Program-made: the position numbers and the translations under genes
Notes under the pieces: model-generated
What the model was told of the DNA's origin: nothing
The model's database searches: none
The model's input: only the letters and a program-made list of their open reading frames with translations
Part shown: positions 60,636-62,424 of the stretch, piece after piece
Numbering within the stretch: the stretch's first letter is position 1
Layout: each line of letters starts with the position of its first letter
Assembly (NCBI GenBank): GCA_032718475.1
Contig: JAUCBJ010005519.1
Span: 1 to 62,424, forward strand
DNA length: 62,424 nt
Origin: Nemertoderma westbladi
Lineage: Eukaryota; Animalia; Xenacoelomorpha
Direction: 5' to 3'

Positions 60636-62424
60636 ATGTCTGATACTAAGCAGAACCTGTCAGACAGTTTATTAGATGTAACTATCTGCGACTCAGATAG
60701 AGACGTACAACCGTCTGGTCGTAAATCCAGTTCACCTCCCACTGTGAGGAAGGTCATCCCTCCAGTAGTAATAACAGAACCTAGGCTGGTCCAACATCGT
60801 AGGTCTATCATAGGCACTCGAGCTCAGGTCAAGCGGGACCAAAAGGCAGCGGAACAGCAACAACCCGCTAGTCAAGAACTTATTCCTCAGCGGCCCAGCA
60901 GCTCCAGTAGTGAGGATACTGTAGAGCTGACACCCGAGCGCGGAGCAGAGATGACGGATGCGGTTTATACGGATCCCCTTCTCATCCTTCCTGCAGCCGT
61001 GCTCGCTGGGTTATTGATCGCGGTGGAAGAACACCAGATCGATTGGGCGAGAAGTCAACGGTCAACTAGAGATAGCTACGCGGGATACACGAGTGAAGAA
61101 CTGAAGTCTATTGTCGAGTCGCAATGGAACTTCCCCGGACCCGGACTCCCGTTTGATTTATCAGAAGCTGCCTGGGAAGACATACACCGGATGGGAGTAG
61201 CCAAGGAAACCATCGATCCAGCTGTATGGAAGAGGTCCGCAGCCGGATACGCACAGGGATTCTTCAGCTCTATGGAGCGAGTAGAGAGACAACTGTTTCA
61301 ACAACCTCAAGGACCTCAAGAGCAGGGATCGCTGCTTTATCAAGTTAGAGAAAGAGTTTTGCGGATTAGGCTAATCTTATCCGCCTTTGAGGAGGCTTCT
61401 AAAAGAAAACAAGACACGTCGTTGCAAGTTGCCGTAAAAACTTGGTTTCAACGGGTGAGTCGCCAGGTTCAAGGAGCAGCTCAGTGGAAAGCTCAGTTGG
61501 AGGAGCGCTCAACCCATGGAGAATCGACGGACGCTATTTTTTCCCAAGTGGAAAGTGAAGCGACGGCAGAGAAACCGCATAAGAAGGATGCCATTGATAT
61601 CTATCTGTCAGACTATCAGCGTTTTTTGGGAGATGATGAGTTGAGGAGAAGGTTAGAGGGACTTAGCCCTAATAGCGAAGGAGCCAAACTCGTGTTAGAT
61701 GCGATTGATGTGGATAGGTTAGCGGCGAACCAAGCTAAATTCGATGAACAACTCCGCATCGCTAGAGAACAAGAAGAACAAGTAAAGAAAAAACGTATAG
61801 AAGACAGAAAAGCAGCGGCAGTAGCAGCAGCAGTGGCAGCTGCAGAAGCAGAAACAAAAGCGGCAGCGGCAGTGGCAGAAGCAGAAACAAAAGCGGCAGC
61901 GGCAGTGGCAGCAGCAGAGGCAAAAGCGGCAGTAGCAGCAGCAAAGGCAGCGGCCGAAGCGGAAGGACGCAAGCGGGAGGCAGTGGCAGAAGCCGAACGG
62001 AGAGCGACTGAAGAAACCACCCAATTAGAATTGGAAAACATTCAGGAGAATCAAGACTGCATAAATAAACAGTTAACAGCTAGTAATATGCAGATGATGA
62101 ATCGATCTACTCCCAAACGACAGGGATATACATCATCTGAGGAAGGCGATACCACCGACACTGAAGGCGGAAGAAATCGATCTCGCCTAAGCAGACGTAA
62201 AAGAACATTCCACCGGCAGAAATTGCCTGATTTGCCTCCAGCTGTTAGAAGGCAACTAAATAACACCAAAGTAGGTAGTACAGAACCCACAGACCAAATA
62301 ATTACAATAGAGAGACTCCCTACTATAGTAGATGAGCCTGAAATAATTAGGCCTGTTCCCGAAGCTACCCTTTCGGTAGTAGAGACACCTGTACTCCCTG
62401 AACCTACTTCTCAATTCCCTTTGC
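60636..62424 (+). CDS. Open reading frame of about 596 codons running off the window; coiled-coil and Ala-rich, possibly a Gag N-terminus
   Basis: Manual translation from ATG 60636 (MSDTKQNLSDSLLDV...) finds no stop to the window end. Absent from the supplied ORF track. Confidence 0.7.
   Translation, partial: MSDTKQNLSDSLLDVTICDSDRDVQPSGRKSSSPPTVRKVIPPVVITEPRLVQHRRSIIGTRAQVKRDQKAAEQQQPASQELIPQRPSSSSSEDTVELTPERGAEMTDAVYTDPLLILPAAVLAGLLIAVEEHQIDWARSQRSTRDSYAGYTSEELKSIVESQWNFPGPGLPFDLSEAAWEDIHRMGVAKETIDPAVWKRSAAGYAQGFFSSMERVERQLFQQPQGPQEQGSLLYQVRERVLRIRLILSAFEEASKRKQDTSLQVAVKTWFQRVSRQVQGAAQWKAQLEERSTHGESTDAIFSQVESEATAEKPHKKDAIDIYLSDYQRFLGDDELRRRLEGLSPNSEGAKLVLDAIDVDRLAANQAKFDEQLRIAREQEEQVKKKRIEDRKAAAVAAAVAAAEAETKAAAAVAEAETKAAAAVAAAEAKAAVAAAKAAAEAEGRKREAVAEAERRATEETTQLELENIQENQDCINKQLTASNMQMMNRSTPKRQGYTSSEEGDTTDTEGGRNRSRLSRRKRTFHRQKLPDLPPAVRRQLNNTKVGSTEPTDQIITIERLPTIVDEPEIIRPVPEATLSVVETPVLPEPTSQFPL

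Larger units (their letters stand above)
57289..62424 (+). mobile_element. Inserted element, probably an LTR retrotransposon: candidate long LTR (57289-about 60009, TGAA...TTCA), leader and long ORF
   Basis: Abrupt junction inside the LINE RT, about 3.3 kb non-coding, then a long ORF. No second LTR or canonical PBS visible. Confidence 0.45.

Overview
AT-rich, repeat-dense animal (probably invertebrate) genomic DNA. The backbone is a minus-strand filamin gene. Eight exons with consistent intron phases can be traced from 48452 down to 25690; the rest of the gene is not recognisable in this window. Its introns hold an antisense, intronless SREBP gene (34135-37227), several kilobase-scale minisatellites and retroelements. 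An intronless MFSD4-like transporter lies at 16850-18226 (-). The rest is transposon debris: RTE, CRE-like and APE-type LINEs, TIR DNA elements, SINEs and a probable LTR element at the right edge. Strongest signal: three filamin introns carry large tandem arrays of their own splice junction (two donor arrays, one acceptor array; two of these introns consist almost entirely of the array), and a fourth intron has an amplified branch-point motif. Also notable: an inverted pair of tRNA-Glu-headed SINEs carrying a minimal hammerhead ribozyme, and an APE-RT LINE with a Ulp1-type protease domain in a very long ORF1. All calls were made by eye; copy numbers are estimated from span divided by unit length.
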